Shown here: positions 14,803 to 26,445 of the stretch, piece by piece
How positions within the stretch are numbered: the first letter of the stretch is position 1
Layout of the letters: each line of letters starts with the position of its first letter
NCBI GenBank assembly: GCA_904063045.1
Contig: CAJFCJ010000002.1
Location: 1,882,422-1,946,421 of the forward strand
Length of the DNA stretch: 64,000 bases
Direction of reading: 5' to 3'
From: Dimorphilus gyrociliatus
Taxonomy: Eukaryota > Animalia > Annelida
Notes under the pieces: model-generated
The model's input: the letters and a program-made list of their open reading frames with translations, nothing else
The model's database searches: none
What the model was told of the DNA's origin: nothing
Position numbers and translations under genes: made by a program

Positions 14803-17800
14803 TCATCCATTATCTTTTTTTGGGGTAATTGGAAATTGAAGCTTGTACTTTTCAGTATCATTTTCCAATAAATCTTCCAATGGATTTGATATTACACTTC
14901 TAACATGATAATCTTTGTTGTCATTGTCGATTAGTGAACAATTTTGAGAACAAGCTTTCGTACAGCTATAGCTATTTTCAATTAAATTTTGGTATTCTGA
15001 TATTTCAGATTTTGCACTTTCTTCAATTGTATTAGAATTTAAAGTAGATGCAATATCATTCTCCAAAAGTTGACTTCCAGTGAAGTGAGGAGACATGGGT
15101 TTTGTGGGGAGGGAAATTGATAACTCTGGTTGGATTTTAGGTAGAGAGCTTCTGAAGTTGTTTATCTGTGTTATCTTTCGATTACTCTCTTCTAAAACTG
15201 AATTTCTAGCTTGCGGTAAGAGAGATATCTGCTCGTTTAAATAGTTTATGCCAAATGATCCATCCTCTGTTTCATTAAAATTATCTATTAAATCAGGAAA
15301 CTCTTTTCCATATACTCTTTTATTAGGATTTAATGCTGATTTAAGAGAATCAACAATACTAGCTCGATTATTAATTATGTTAAGTTCATCAGGGCCAATA
15401 GTATCAATTATATTTGGCTAAGGATAATAACATTGCCTAATTAGTTCATTAATTACATTCAACTTTCAAAGTAAATACTCTATCTTTAGTTGAAAGTCGT
15501 TTAACAGACTGTAGAAAGCTATTTCTGGAATTAAGTTTATTTTGCTGTCCGAACGATGCATTCCTATCATACTGAATTGTGTTTTCTGTCCATTCCTCAT
15601 CCTCCACCTCATTACCATCGTAATTTCCGTATTCTTTCCTCATTTCCATCATTTGATTGAATAGAAGAGGTTGATTCTCTACAACTTTTGTGATTTTTTC
15701 ATCAGCTTCCAACTCATCCAGATGATCAAAAATATTAGGTAAATGACATCTTACAATCATAGATAAAATACGTATTTTCCGAACATTACTTAGCCAGACA
15801 ACATCATCTTGATGAGATCTAACAATAAATGAGGAAATGTAATTTCAATAACTATTAAGCTATTATGAATGGGAAACTAACTCTACATATTTTGCAAACA
15901 GAAAACAGCAAATGCAACTAAATAGCGAAAAAGTTGCCAAGCCAATAGTAGAGAAAATAGTAATATATGTATAAGGAAAGCTTTCATCATTAGCTTTTGC
16001 TTCAAGTATATTTTCATCTGGACTTGATTGTGCAGTTATAATAAAACTTTTAAAAATTTGATCATGACCAAGATTTGAATTTCGGATAATGCAAGAATAG
16101 ATTCCCTCATAAATGGAGAATTCATGACGAGGAGTTAGTTGTAAATATGAAATGTATGATCCCAAGTCCCTATCTTCACCTAAAGTAAAATCACCAGTAC
16201 TCTCTTTCAGAATAGTACGGTCTTTGACCCAGATTACGCTAAGTGTATCATCAAATTTAATAATATGACTCAAATCGCAAGCCATTTTCGTTTCAATATC
16301 TTATGATAGAATTATATTTATAAATCAAACATTTTAAAGATTTAGATCTACCTCTAAATACTGGAGCATATACAACATTGGCAGCTTTTCCGAGTCCAGT
16401 CAGCCATTTTGCTTTTCCATCTAAACTATAAAGTAACCCATCATACAAGCTATATGTTTTAGAATTTAAAATGATCGAATGGATATAACCATGAAATCCG
16501 TTTATCATAAATGATTTATTATCATTTAATACTTTTGCCGCATTTAACATTACTGATCCTCCTATCGGTGGTTCAGTATTACCAAAATAGACTGTTTGTC
16601 CAAAGATTACTGGCCTAGGAAAAAGTAATTTTTGAACCATAGATCTCCTATTGTTAATCATTACAGTCACAATAGTATCTTTAGGAGTAATACGAATAGA
16701 TAACGCCAGATTAACATAAGCATTAATTTTTGTTGGATTGACAATACATCGTCCTTGTAATTTTAGTAAAAGCAGGCTTTATAAAACAGAGTATCTTAAG
16801 AAAACAAAACTTACTCATTAGAATGTCTTGAACGAGATAAACACACGTTTTTATTTGAAAATTCTTTAGTCCAACTATAAAACCATATAAGCTGGAAGCG
16901 CTGTGTAGAACAATACCATCTCCTACATTATCTGAACTTTCAAAATCAATTTTTATAATACTTGGTGATGATCTCCTCCAAGTACCAAATTTTAATGGAA
17001 AATAATGAAAACCAGTTAATTTTGGATAGGAAATTTCTTTTATATTCCCACTTTCTACTATTGTAGGAGGCTTAGCTCCATCAATAATCATTGGCTTTCC
17101 GTATCCGTGATAAGTTGTAGATCCTAAATATGAAAAAATCTTTCTTATTACGTACCAATAATATTAAAAGAATGTATGAAAATACCCGGACGGAGTACCA
17201 GTTCTCTCTGTTGAATTCTCAAATGTGCTATACTTCCATTGAAACCTTCGCATGTTTCGAAAAGTGGACAACGACCAATAAACATTAATTGGTTGAAATC
17301 TAATGTTTGCATTGTATTTAAACCATACTTCTCAAAAGGAGCCACATAGTCTATTCCGTTAACTTGAAGAACCATTTTACTATGGAAAATTGTGAAAGAT
17401 ATATCTAACCAAACATTTTCAGGAACAATCTCTTGAGCCTTAACTTTTGTAACAATACCAGAGATATTTAAGATGCCTTATTTTTAAATAGAATAAAAGA
17501 GAATAAATACGTAATTCTTAAATGGATAATTAGTCTTTTCCCACCTGTAAGTTGTTTATTTTCAAGGGATAAAATGACAAAACTACAAAATTTTCTCAAT
17601 CTCAAGGAATTGTCCGGACAAGATTCTCTCCAAATAATCACACCTGAACCTTTCAGAGTGAGCAATCTGCACGATAAAACCAAAGCAGGAAATTTTAGAG
17701 GTATATCTAAAGCTGGTTCAAATTTTAATATTGATAATCCATTAAATTTAACTACACCAGTTGAGTCGAGAAAAATATTCGGGCATCTCTTAGCAGTACA

Positions 17801-20320
17801 TGGTCTTATTTCAGAACCTTGACCACTACAAGTATAATTTCTATTGGGTAAAGGTCTAGAGCATGTTCGCATTCTCATTGTTATACCACTGCCACAAACT
17901 GCTTGACATTCTTTCATATATTGACTCCACTCGGACCATCCACCTTGCCAGTGTTGCTTACAACTGTTGAAACAGATATCTAAAATACATCAAATTTGTT
18001 TCTTATTAAAGTTTACATAACAAATATATAAATATATATTTATGAATGTAAAATGTAATAAATACTGTATTCTGTGTGATTGCCTTGACATTTATTATTA
18101 TCCGATAAAATGCCCTCGGAATCCAGACAGACTCTTGACCTTTTCCGATAAGATTCTCCACAGGTTCCTTTACAGTTTTCCCATTTATTCCACTCTGACC
18201 AATGACCACCGTTTAGACAGGAGCGAGATGTACATTTCATTGATTCAATGTTGTTGTCGCAAAGGATTTTCATATCTGGTGCGCATTTCCCGGCTCTGTT
18301 TCGCACTCTTATGCCATCGCCACATCCAGTTGAACATCTCGACCAACTAGTCCAACCACTCCAAATGATTCTATTTACCAAATTTGGACATCCTTCCCTA
18401 GTTCTAAAACAAACGTAGCCAGTCCAGAACATTTGTACATCTGCCGAATGTCTAAGAAATGGTTGATAGATATCTCTCTGTAGTTCAATATCATTACAAA
18501 CGAATGCGCCTTTTAATTGACAAATACCATTTAATATTGTATTGGAACCATATCGATAAACAGTTTCTTCAGCCCACTTTAAAGATTCTTCCAAATCGAG
18601 ATATCCATCATAATTATTAAGAGATCTTTTTCTTCTAAGTTTTATTCCTTTACCAGGGCAATACCTATCCTCTTCGTCTACTCCTAAGCAAATATTGCAA
18701 TCATTCTTCTGTTTACAGCTTCTCTTTCTAATACTTTTATTAAATATATTACATTTAGACCAATTTGACCAAGATAACCATTTACCATTTTGTCTCAATG
18801 AGCATAGATATAACTTATAAAAGTTTTTCTAATGTTGAAAATACATGAGCAATATATATAAATAATAAAAAATATCATTACTGCTAAAGTTCTTTTCTCT
18901 ATTAGATTCATATCCTTATTCTTTACCCAAAATAAAAGTTTTAAATAATGAGATACAGTATCAAAATCACAAGATGGAAATTTCCAACATTTCTTTAAGA
19001 ATCCATCCTTCTCTTCATTCGTTAATATCATTAACTCTTTTTCTAATGATTCTGGAACATCTGGAGGAGTAGCTACAAATTTTGGCCATGTAGTTGTTAA
19101 GTTTTTGATAGAATCTTAAATATTTTATAGATTAGAAATGTTAGTCAATTTTTCTATTTGTTTAGATATTTAACTTACTTGTACAACTTTCGTTTGTCTT
19201 ATTTAATCTTATGCAAAGATACAATTCATAGATAAATTTTCGTTTATTTGTTGAAAAGACATTTAAAAATACGGATTCAAAACTAGGAGTTTCTGGAAGA
19301 TCATCCATATGACAAATATAACTTGAATTCCAGCATTTTTTTAAAAAAATTCTAGTTTGCTCAGTTGAAAACAAATACAACATCTTTAATAAAATTTTAC
19401 CAAAGCGATTTCCTTTTAAAAATGGTAATATATGAACATTCATTTGGTTAATTGCGTCTCTATCAATTCTATTGGCTTTTCGACATGAACAAAGTTGCTT
19501 CTCGTATCCTGAACCGAAACACGGAAGACTCTCATTAGAATGGGAACGTATGCACGAACGTGTTCTTATCTGAAAAGAATCAATTGAACAATCTTTACAA
19601 ATTGTCCACTCGGACCATGATTCCCATTGTCCGTCAACTAATTGAATAGAAAACTGTTAAAGTTATAATCAAAGGATATTTAGATCTACCTGGACAAACT
19701 TTAAGGAGAATAGTGCATTCGTATCGTTTATAGAGTGCTAATCTAAAGTTCTCAAATCCAATGTACCTATCCATAATATCTGAAGATATTTCAGGTATAT
19801 CTTCTAATTTACAAGGTAATTCTATTAAATTATTGTTATATAAAGCCTTTCGAAAGATATCTTTATAATAAATCCAACAATTTCTCATAAATTTCTCAAT
19901 AATCACCGAGTTAAAAATGTTAAAAGCTCTCGCAAAATTATAAGGGACAAAGTAAGTAGAGAAATTGGTATTCATTTCGTGATCTAATTTATCTTTGTTG
20001 TTTAATCTTTTATACAATGTCCATAGTTTCTTTTTATATAATAAACTTCCTGGAATATTTGGCAAGTCTTTAAAATTGCAATCATAATTTTCTGGCCAAC
20101 ATTTTTCTAAGAATTTTATAACTTCCGATTTAGGAAATATTAACAAAGCTGATTTAAGAGTATAAGGTGCTAATGGCAATGATTTTAAATATTCGTCTAA
20201 CTTATCACCACCTTTTGATACGTCGTTTGAAAGACTTAACATAAATGATCTATCCATTACCTCAGGAAATGATAAAATCATCTTTTTCAATGAAAGTATA
20301 AAGATTAATATAATTAACAT
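14803..20320 (-). CDS. Large type I membrane protein: signal, Cys-Trp helical repeats, TSP1 repeats, furin site, 2x laminin-G-like, Ig-like, TM, cytoplasmic tail
   Basis: I joined ORFs 19634, 19162, 18795, 18040, 17468, 17148, 16723, 16293, 15863, 15449 and 14803 with phase-compatible GT-AG introns. TSP1 motifs WxxWSxW...RxRxC occur 5 times; Ig motifs are IWVKD and GIYSC; TM YTYITIFSTIGLATFSLFSCICCFLF. Confidence 0.8.
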
Positions 20321-21005
20321 TGTTTACTTCGAATAATGTCGTAATAAACTTTATGGTAAACTTTACGCTATTTTTTATAATTTTGAATTTATTAATATTT
20401 AAAAAATGTCACTTGTATTTATTCATCACGGATTCTTTTTTTTCATGAGTACTTTCTCTAAGAAGACTTACCATCTTCCATTTTTTCTTTAGGGTAGACA
20501 TTTGCTCAATACAGTATAGTATATTAATGATATAAAAAAAACTTCTTTTTTGTCATTCTAAGAGTAATTACTACATTACAAAGTTAATAAAATATATTTT
20601 TGAAAGGTATTTTAATATAAGCTATACTTTAATTTACTTGTTAGTTAAAAAAAAAAGCACTTGATATTAATTAGATGTGACGTAAGAAATTAAATATCCT
20701 ACCAGCTTTGAGCGATATTCAGAAAAGAAGTTTAAACCGCATTGATTAATTACTTTTTATTCTACAGTAAATTCATATTACTTTCCTTCTTATTTACCTA
20801 AATATGAATAATTTATTATAATTATTATAAAATATATGTATAAGTAAAAATTAATATACAAAAATAAAGTTACCTAGTAACTATGTCATATTGATAATTT
20901 AAATAAATATGGATATTAATAAGGTCCATAGGCTATTATAATTAATTAATGTGTGATGTTAAACATTGTCATTTATCAAATAAGTTTGTCTAAAGGCCAA
21001 TTAAC

Positions 21006-23375
21006 ATGGATCTGCCACCAGGAGTTAATTGTTTAATAGAAAATTGTAAAGCAAGTACACTGATTAATCCTTATTTAGGATTTTTCCGCTTTCCGAAGGA
21101 CGAACAAAGGTATCATATTTTTTTTATTTTCTTATATTCTTATTCCACTTTTTGAATGTCTGCTCTCGGTTCAAGGTGTTTACAATGGATTTGCGCAATT
21201 CCAGAAGAGAGAATAAGTATATTCAAGAAAAGACCATTATTTATGCATTTTAATTATTGGATTTGTGAGAATCACTTTGAAGATAATCAATTTGAATCAT
21301 GGGTAATTAATTACTAACAATAATATTCTTGATATATTATTTTTGCTTTTAAACTAGTGCCAGCTGGTAAAAACAAAAGATGGAGTGAAAAAAGTAAAGA
21401 GACTTAAGGAAACAGCCGTTCCAACTTTATTCTATTTTGATTTTGTAAGTAGAACGAATGATGAAGATAAAATTAGGGTAAAAATTCATATGGATGATGT
21501 TCAAAAATTATCAAAACATTCTGAACTAAAATTGAGCGCTTCTTCCGATTTGAATTTTGAGAAATCCGATCAAACACAAGACAACAATACAGAAAATCAA
21601 TGTTCAGTAAGTTTGATATCTATCGACCATAACTATCTTTCTAATTTCAAAACACATGCTTCAAATAGGGAAACGTTGGAAATGTGAATAGACCTCGTCC
21701 AACATATGGACCTATTCGTAAGACCTTTACCCGTATAGCAAAACGTAATTCAAAAGTTAAGAATGGACCAATTAAAGTGATAGTAGAGCGCAAAAAAGCC
21801 AAATCTGATCATCATAATCCAACCTCCAAACTAGTAACGAAACATTCAGTTGACTACTATTCAAAGAGAAGACAGACCGTAAACTTCTTTAAAAAGCAAA
21901 AGCGCATAAGACATGGCGAAAAGAAGAATCAATTACGTTTAACACCCGGTTCACAGATTATTTATAGAAAATTTAACGAAAGTTTTGATAGAGTGTTTCA
22001 AATTCCATTTGATTCGAATGCTGCCCAATGTATTCGTGTAGTTTTAAGGGATGTTAAGATTAAGTCAGTTATATTAAGGGAGAAGAGCGCAAATACCATT
22101 AATGGTAAGTCTACTAATCAGCATTCTGATAGGTTAAATTATGCAAAATTAACAACTTCAACAGATAAGGATATTATGGATAGTGTGTCGGAGCACAATT
22201 ACCATCAATCTCATGAAATATTAGTTAATAACATTATTTCACGAAATAGCAATAGGTCTACGAATAAGGTAATATCTAAAACGAAGCAGGATATATATGA
22301 AGAAACTGAACAGGAAGACAAATATGAAAATGTGGAAATAGAAATAGTAAATCAAGAAGTTCATTTAAAACAAGTTATAGCTACAAAAAGATTGTATCAG
22401 AATCGTATTAACAACGATTCAATTGAAGAAAATCATAACAAAACAATAAATGTCTGTAATCCTATATCGGAAAATAAGACTAAAGTTAGTCATATCTGTA
22501 GAAAACCTATTGCTTTACATAGAGGTATTAGATCCCAAGAGCCGCATAAAGAATATTCGAATAGAAATATTGAAGTAGAACTCATCGAACGAGATGGTTT
22601 CTTAAACAATACTGTTACTCGCTTTCAATTAGATAAAAATAAAGTGAAAAATACAAATGTTGATCAAGAACCTAGAGTTTCTAAATTATTCCCAAATAAA
22701 GTTCGCTTTAATCAAGCAGCAGTTGCTCATAAAGACACCAAGCCAAAAAGAATCCGTCAGAAACCGTCAGCAGGGAGACATGTATCAAGAAAGAAAACTA
22801 CTCTAGCACACGGCTCTAAAAATAATAGTAAAATTTCCACGTCCGATGTTAGTACATTGACTTGTCTTACTTGCGGAGAAATTTTGAAAGATACAAAAGA
22901 CTTAAGAATTCATATGAGGAATGTTCACGCCAATAAGGTATTTCTTTGTAATGTAGAGAACTGTAATTTTTCAACCTCAACTAAATTTGAAATGGATAAT
23001 CATAAGTCTCTTATTCACCCTTCGGGATTGACGGAAAAACAGAATGTCGAGTTTAGTTTTTCAAGCTCTGATAGCGATGTTGTTGAGGTTATTTCTCAAA
23101 TTGAAAGCATATCGCCAAAGACACGTCATGCAATTAAGAAAAAAGAGAAAACTAAAAACCCTCTAGTTCTTCACTCGCAGTCTAAAAGCAGTAGCTTGAT
23201 AACTACCTTAACCAACGTTCATCCAGATAGATATAAAACTGCAAAAGTATTTTGCAACGTATGTAATAAAACAAATAATTGTTACACAAAGACAAGTAAT
23301 GAAAAATCGGGCTATAAAAAAAACTCGAAATCATCACTTGGAGATACAGTATTCTATGTTTTACCAAATAAGTAA
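21006..23375 (+). CDS. THAP-domain and C2H2 zinc-finger protein
   Basis: THAP C2CH signature spans three exons: CLIENC...FFRFPKDEQR|CLQW...ICENHF...AVPTLF. A 62-nt intron (21607-21668) joins ORFs 21385 and 21684. C2H2 fingers are CLTC...HMRNVH and CNVENC...HKSLIH. Confidence 0.88.
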
Positions 23376-23718
23376 CAAATTTATTTTTTCTGTTAATCCT
23401 ATTAATTTAAAGTTTTCAACAAATTAAACAATTACTTTATGTTTTGTTTGTAATTTTTCGTTTTGCTAACTTAACTTTCAATTATATAATACAGTTCTGG
23501 GTTTATATGAAGGAATTCTTCAACATTTCTATTAGACTCAACAGTGTATTTCTCATCTCTTCTCTTTGAAAAGTACTTTTCTACTGTAGAAATTTGAAGA
23601 TAAGGCTATTGTTGAAACCTGAAAAGATTGCAACAAAACAATTTTAAGAGTATCGTGTTACGTGAACTTTGATTCATGTATAAAATCTAACGAATATCCT
23701 AAATACACGATAGTGAAA

Positions 23719-25338
23719 ATGAATAAAGCTTATCTGTGCTATAATGACAAGGTAGAGAAAAAATTTGAGACGCTTATTGAAGCAATTAACGAAACATGCA
23801 AACGAAAGGGAAGAAATGAAGCATATGTTTGGTATGATCTACATTCTAATAGGACGTCTTTAACCTATAATGAATGGTTTTCTAAATCGATGATCGTCGC
23901 AAAACACTTGGTTGATTTCATACAAAAATTCGATCTTATCTTGCTATTTTGCAAGAATACTCAAGAAGCAATCATTTCGTTCACGTCACTACAAATAATT
24001 GGCTCTAATACTATGCTTATTGGAATGAGAGACCACTTTCTCAACATTTTATCATTATTCAATTCAAAGATCAAAGCAGTTTTCATAGATGAAGATTTCT
24101 TATCAGATGATATTCTTAATTTATTATCCGAAATCAAAACGATAGTGCTGGATAGAAATGATAACAAATTAGAAAGTGAAAATATCGTGAACTTCTCTCA
24201 ATTTTTGAAAAGTAATTTGTCTATCAATGACAAAAATCTTCCTTTTGTCGATCCGGAGGATCCTACCATTATTCTATTGACTTCAGGTTCAACTGGTCAG
24301 CCCAAAATGGTTCAAAAAGACCAACTCAGCTATTTAAATTTATCACTTTATTTAAGTAATATGTTTAAATCAGATCGATTCTTTAACGATAGAGCCTTTA
24401 CTCATTTTGGTGGATTTTTTTCGGTATTCTCATCGTCTCTGGGACAAACTATTGTTTCTACCAATATACCATCTGTGTCGGAGAAAAATGATATTTTAGA
24501 AATATGCAAGAGGGAACAATGTGATGGAGCACTTTTTATGGCGTATAACATTAGCGACATTATCGAGAAAGATGGAGAATATTTAAGAAACAGTTTAGGC
24601 AGTATTAAAACTATTTTAACTTCAGGACAAATGGCTGATAAAAATATTCTGAACAATTTGAAAAATCTATTATCATCCAAAATAGATATTATTGATTCGT
24701 ATGGTTCAACGGAAGCGGGAGCTATTTGCTACAGGTACTGGAAAAGAAAAAAAGACTTTCATCTTTATCCCTATGTTGAACTGTCCATTAGAGGTGAAGA
24801 TGGTCAAATAAAGCAAAGAGGCGAGTACGGAAATATTTGGGTTAAGGGATGCTTCAATTTGAAGAATTTCTTTCCTCCTAATTCTAAAGGTAGAGAAAAT
24901 CATACGTCAGGTGTTAATTCTGGGTGGTTGAATGTTGGTGATGTAGGAATGATTGATGTTGAAGGTACGTTGACTTTGTCAGGAAGGCAAAATGACGTCA
25001 TTAAAGTGGGCTGCTTGAAAACCTATCCGTACAAATATGAGGATAAGTTAAACAAGTTAGATCGAGTTAAGAAAGTTATAATAGTTGGTATCCCTGATAA
25101 AAGATTGGGAGAAACTTTAGGGGCGGTCGTTCAATTTCATTCTAAGCAGTCATCTTCAGAAGATCTCCAATATTTTCGAGAAAAATGTAACGATTACATA
25201 AAAGCGGATGAGAATTACGGATTAATGTTGAAAATAGAAAAGATTTTAGTTCTTGAGACGGATTGGCCTATGACATTAATGGGAAAAGTGAAGAGAAGCG
25301 AAGTTCGACAGCTTCTTATGGATTCTTACAAAGAATAA
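23719..25338 (+). CDS. Intronless ANL-superfamily acyl-CoA synthetase (ACSF2/luciferase-like)
   Basis: Adenylation motifs LLTSGSTGQPK, SYGSTEAG, GDVG, GRQNDVIKVG and TLMGKVKR. The first in-frame ATG is at 23719; the frame is open from 23623, so an upstream exon is possible. Confidence 0.9.
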   Translation: MNKAYLCYNDKVEKKFETLIEAINETCKRKGRNEAYVWYDLHSNRTSLTYNEWFSKSMIVAKHLVDFIQKFDLILLFCKNTQEAIISFTSLQIIGSNTMLIGMRDHFLNILSLFNSKIKAVFIDEDFLSDDILNLLSEIKTIVLDRNDNKLESENIVNFSQFLKSNLSINDKNLPFVDPEDPTIILLTSGSTGQPKMVQKDQLSYLNLSLYLSNMFKSDRFFNDRAFTHFGGFFSVFSSSLGQTIVSTNIPSVSEKNDILEICKREQCDGALFMAYNISDIIEKDGEYLRNSLGSIKTILTSGQMADKNILNNLKNLLSSKIDIIDSYGSTEAGAICYRYWKRKKDFHLYPYVELSIRGEDGQIKQRGEYGNIWVKGCFNLKNFFPPNSKGRENHTSGVNSGWLNVGDVGMIDVEGTLTLSGRQNDVIKVGCLKTYPYKYEDKLNKLDRVKKVIIVGIPDKRLGETLGAVVQFHSKQSSSEDLQYFREKCNDYIKADENYGLMLKIEKILVLETDWPMTLMGKVKRSEVRQLLMDSYKE

Positions 25339-25548
25339 TAAGAATAAATTAATTTATAATTGTTCATCGTTTTCATAATAACGTAGTCTTTTTAGGTAAA
25401 CAAATATTGAAGTTTCTAATACTCCAGTTAATAAACAATTCAAATATATTAAACTTAATGTGGTAACCTGTTCACGTTATCAACAAGGTGAGATTAAGTA
25501 AACACGGAGTATTTACCAGTTTACTTTAAAATACGAAACAAAAACTTC

Positions 25549-26016
25549 ATGTTCAAGATTGGATCTATCTTATCGCATCCTTATAAGCAGATTCGGAGAA
25601 TTTCTTGGCTCTCAGCAACTGCAAAATATTACTTAGGAACGACGGCAAATATGGCTCAGAAATTAGAAAAAACTGTTAACCATGATCAGAATAATTGCAA
25701 TTTTTCAATTACTCTAGAAAATGATGAGAATGCAATGCTATATTATGAAAAAAGAAAGAATAACGTTTATGAAATCACACATACATATGTTCCAGATAGT
25801 TATAGAGGTCAGGGTATAGCTGGCATATTAATGAAGGTAATTTTTTAAATAAATTCATTGAATAACATCGATATAAAAATAATTTTATTCAAACAGACTG
25901 CTTTGGAATGGATAATTGAAGTGGAGGGTAGAGTACTTCCAACATGTTCATACGCCAGTGATTACATTAAGAGGAAGAATAACGATTCATATAATTCTGT
26001 ACTAATTCAATTATGA
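25549..26016 (+). CDS. NATD1: NATD1 / YjdJ-like minimal GNAT acetyltransferase, 2 exons
   Basis: VNHDQNNCNFSI...YEITHTYVPDSYRGQGIAGILMK|TALEW...RVLPTCSYASDYI; contains the acetyl-CoA motif RGQGIA. Confidence 0.88.
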
Positions 26017-26445
26017 AGTATATTGATTTATTCCTTTAAAAAACAATTCAATCTACAGTAATACAGTTTTAGGCTGGACGGAAAAAATATAGCAAAAAAA
26101 CCTTTTAAAAACAATTATTATTGCTGAAAATTTGTTGTTCTAAAAACTAAGACTACTAAGAAAAGGATTGACAAGACGAATTATTATGAAACAGTTGTAC
26201 TACTGGCCAAAAAGTGTCATAGTAATGCTTTAGTAAAAGTTATAAAGATAAGTTAAAGATCAAAAAAAAAAAACTGTAGATATTGAAAATTTTTCAGAGT
26301 TCAACCAAGCTCTTTTTCTATTCTTCTACCTGGAAAAAAATTACAATGATGACGTCAGAAATTTAATTAGAATATATATATATTGTTTTTTGAAGTTTTA
26401 TTGAAAAGTAAGGTATATTTGTTGAATTATAGATTTTTGTGATAT

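Noticed and set aside
17574-18350. Plus-strand ORFs 17574 and 18042
   Set aside because: Antisense to TSP1/LamG exons; no independent gene structure.
21684-21687. Overlapping stop/start (GTGA) of ORFs 21385 and 21684, suggesting operon-style coupling or a frameshift
   Set aside because: A canonical 62-nt GT-AG intron (21607-21668) joins the two frames.
23961-24903. Minus-strand ORFs within the acyl-CoA synthetase
   Set aside because: Antisense shadows.
26350-26357. Perfect CRE TGACGTCA
   Set aside because: It lies between two converging 3' ends; an 8-mer can arise by chance, and another copy falls inside the synthetase CDS.
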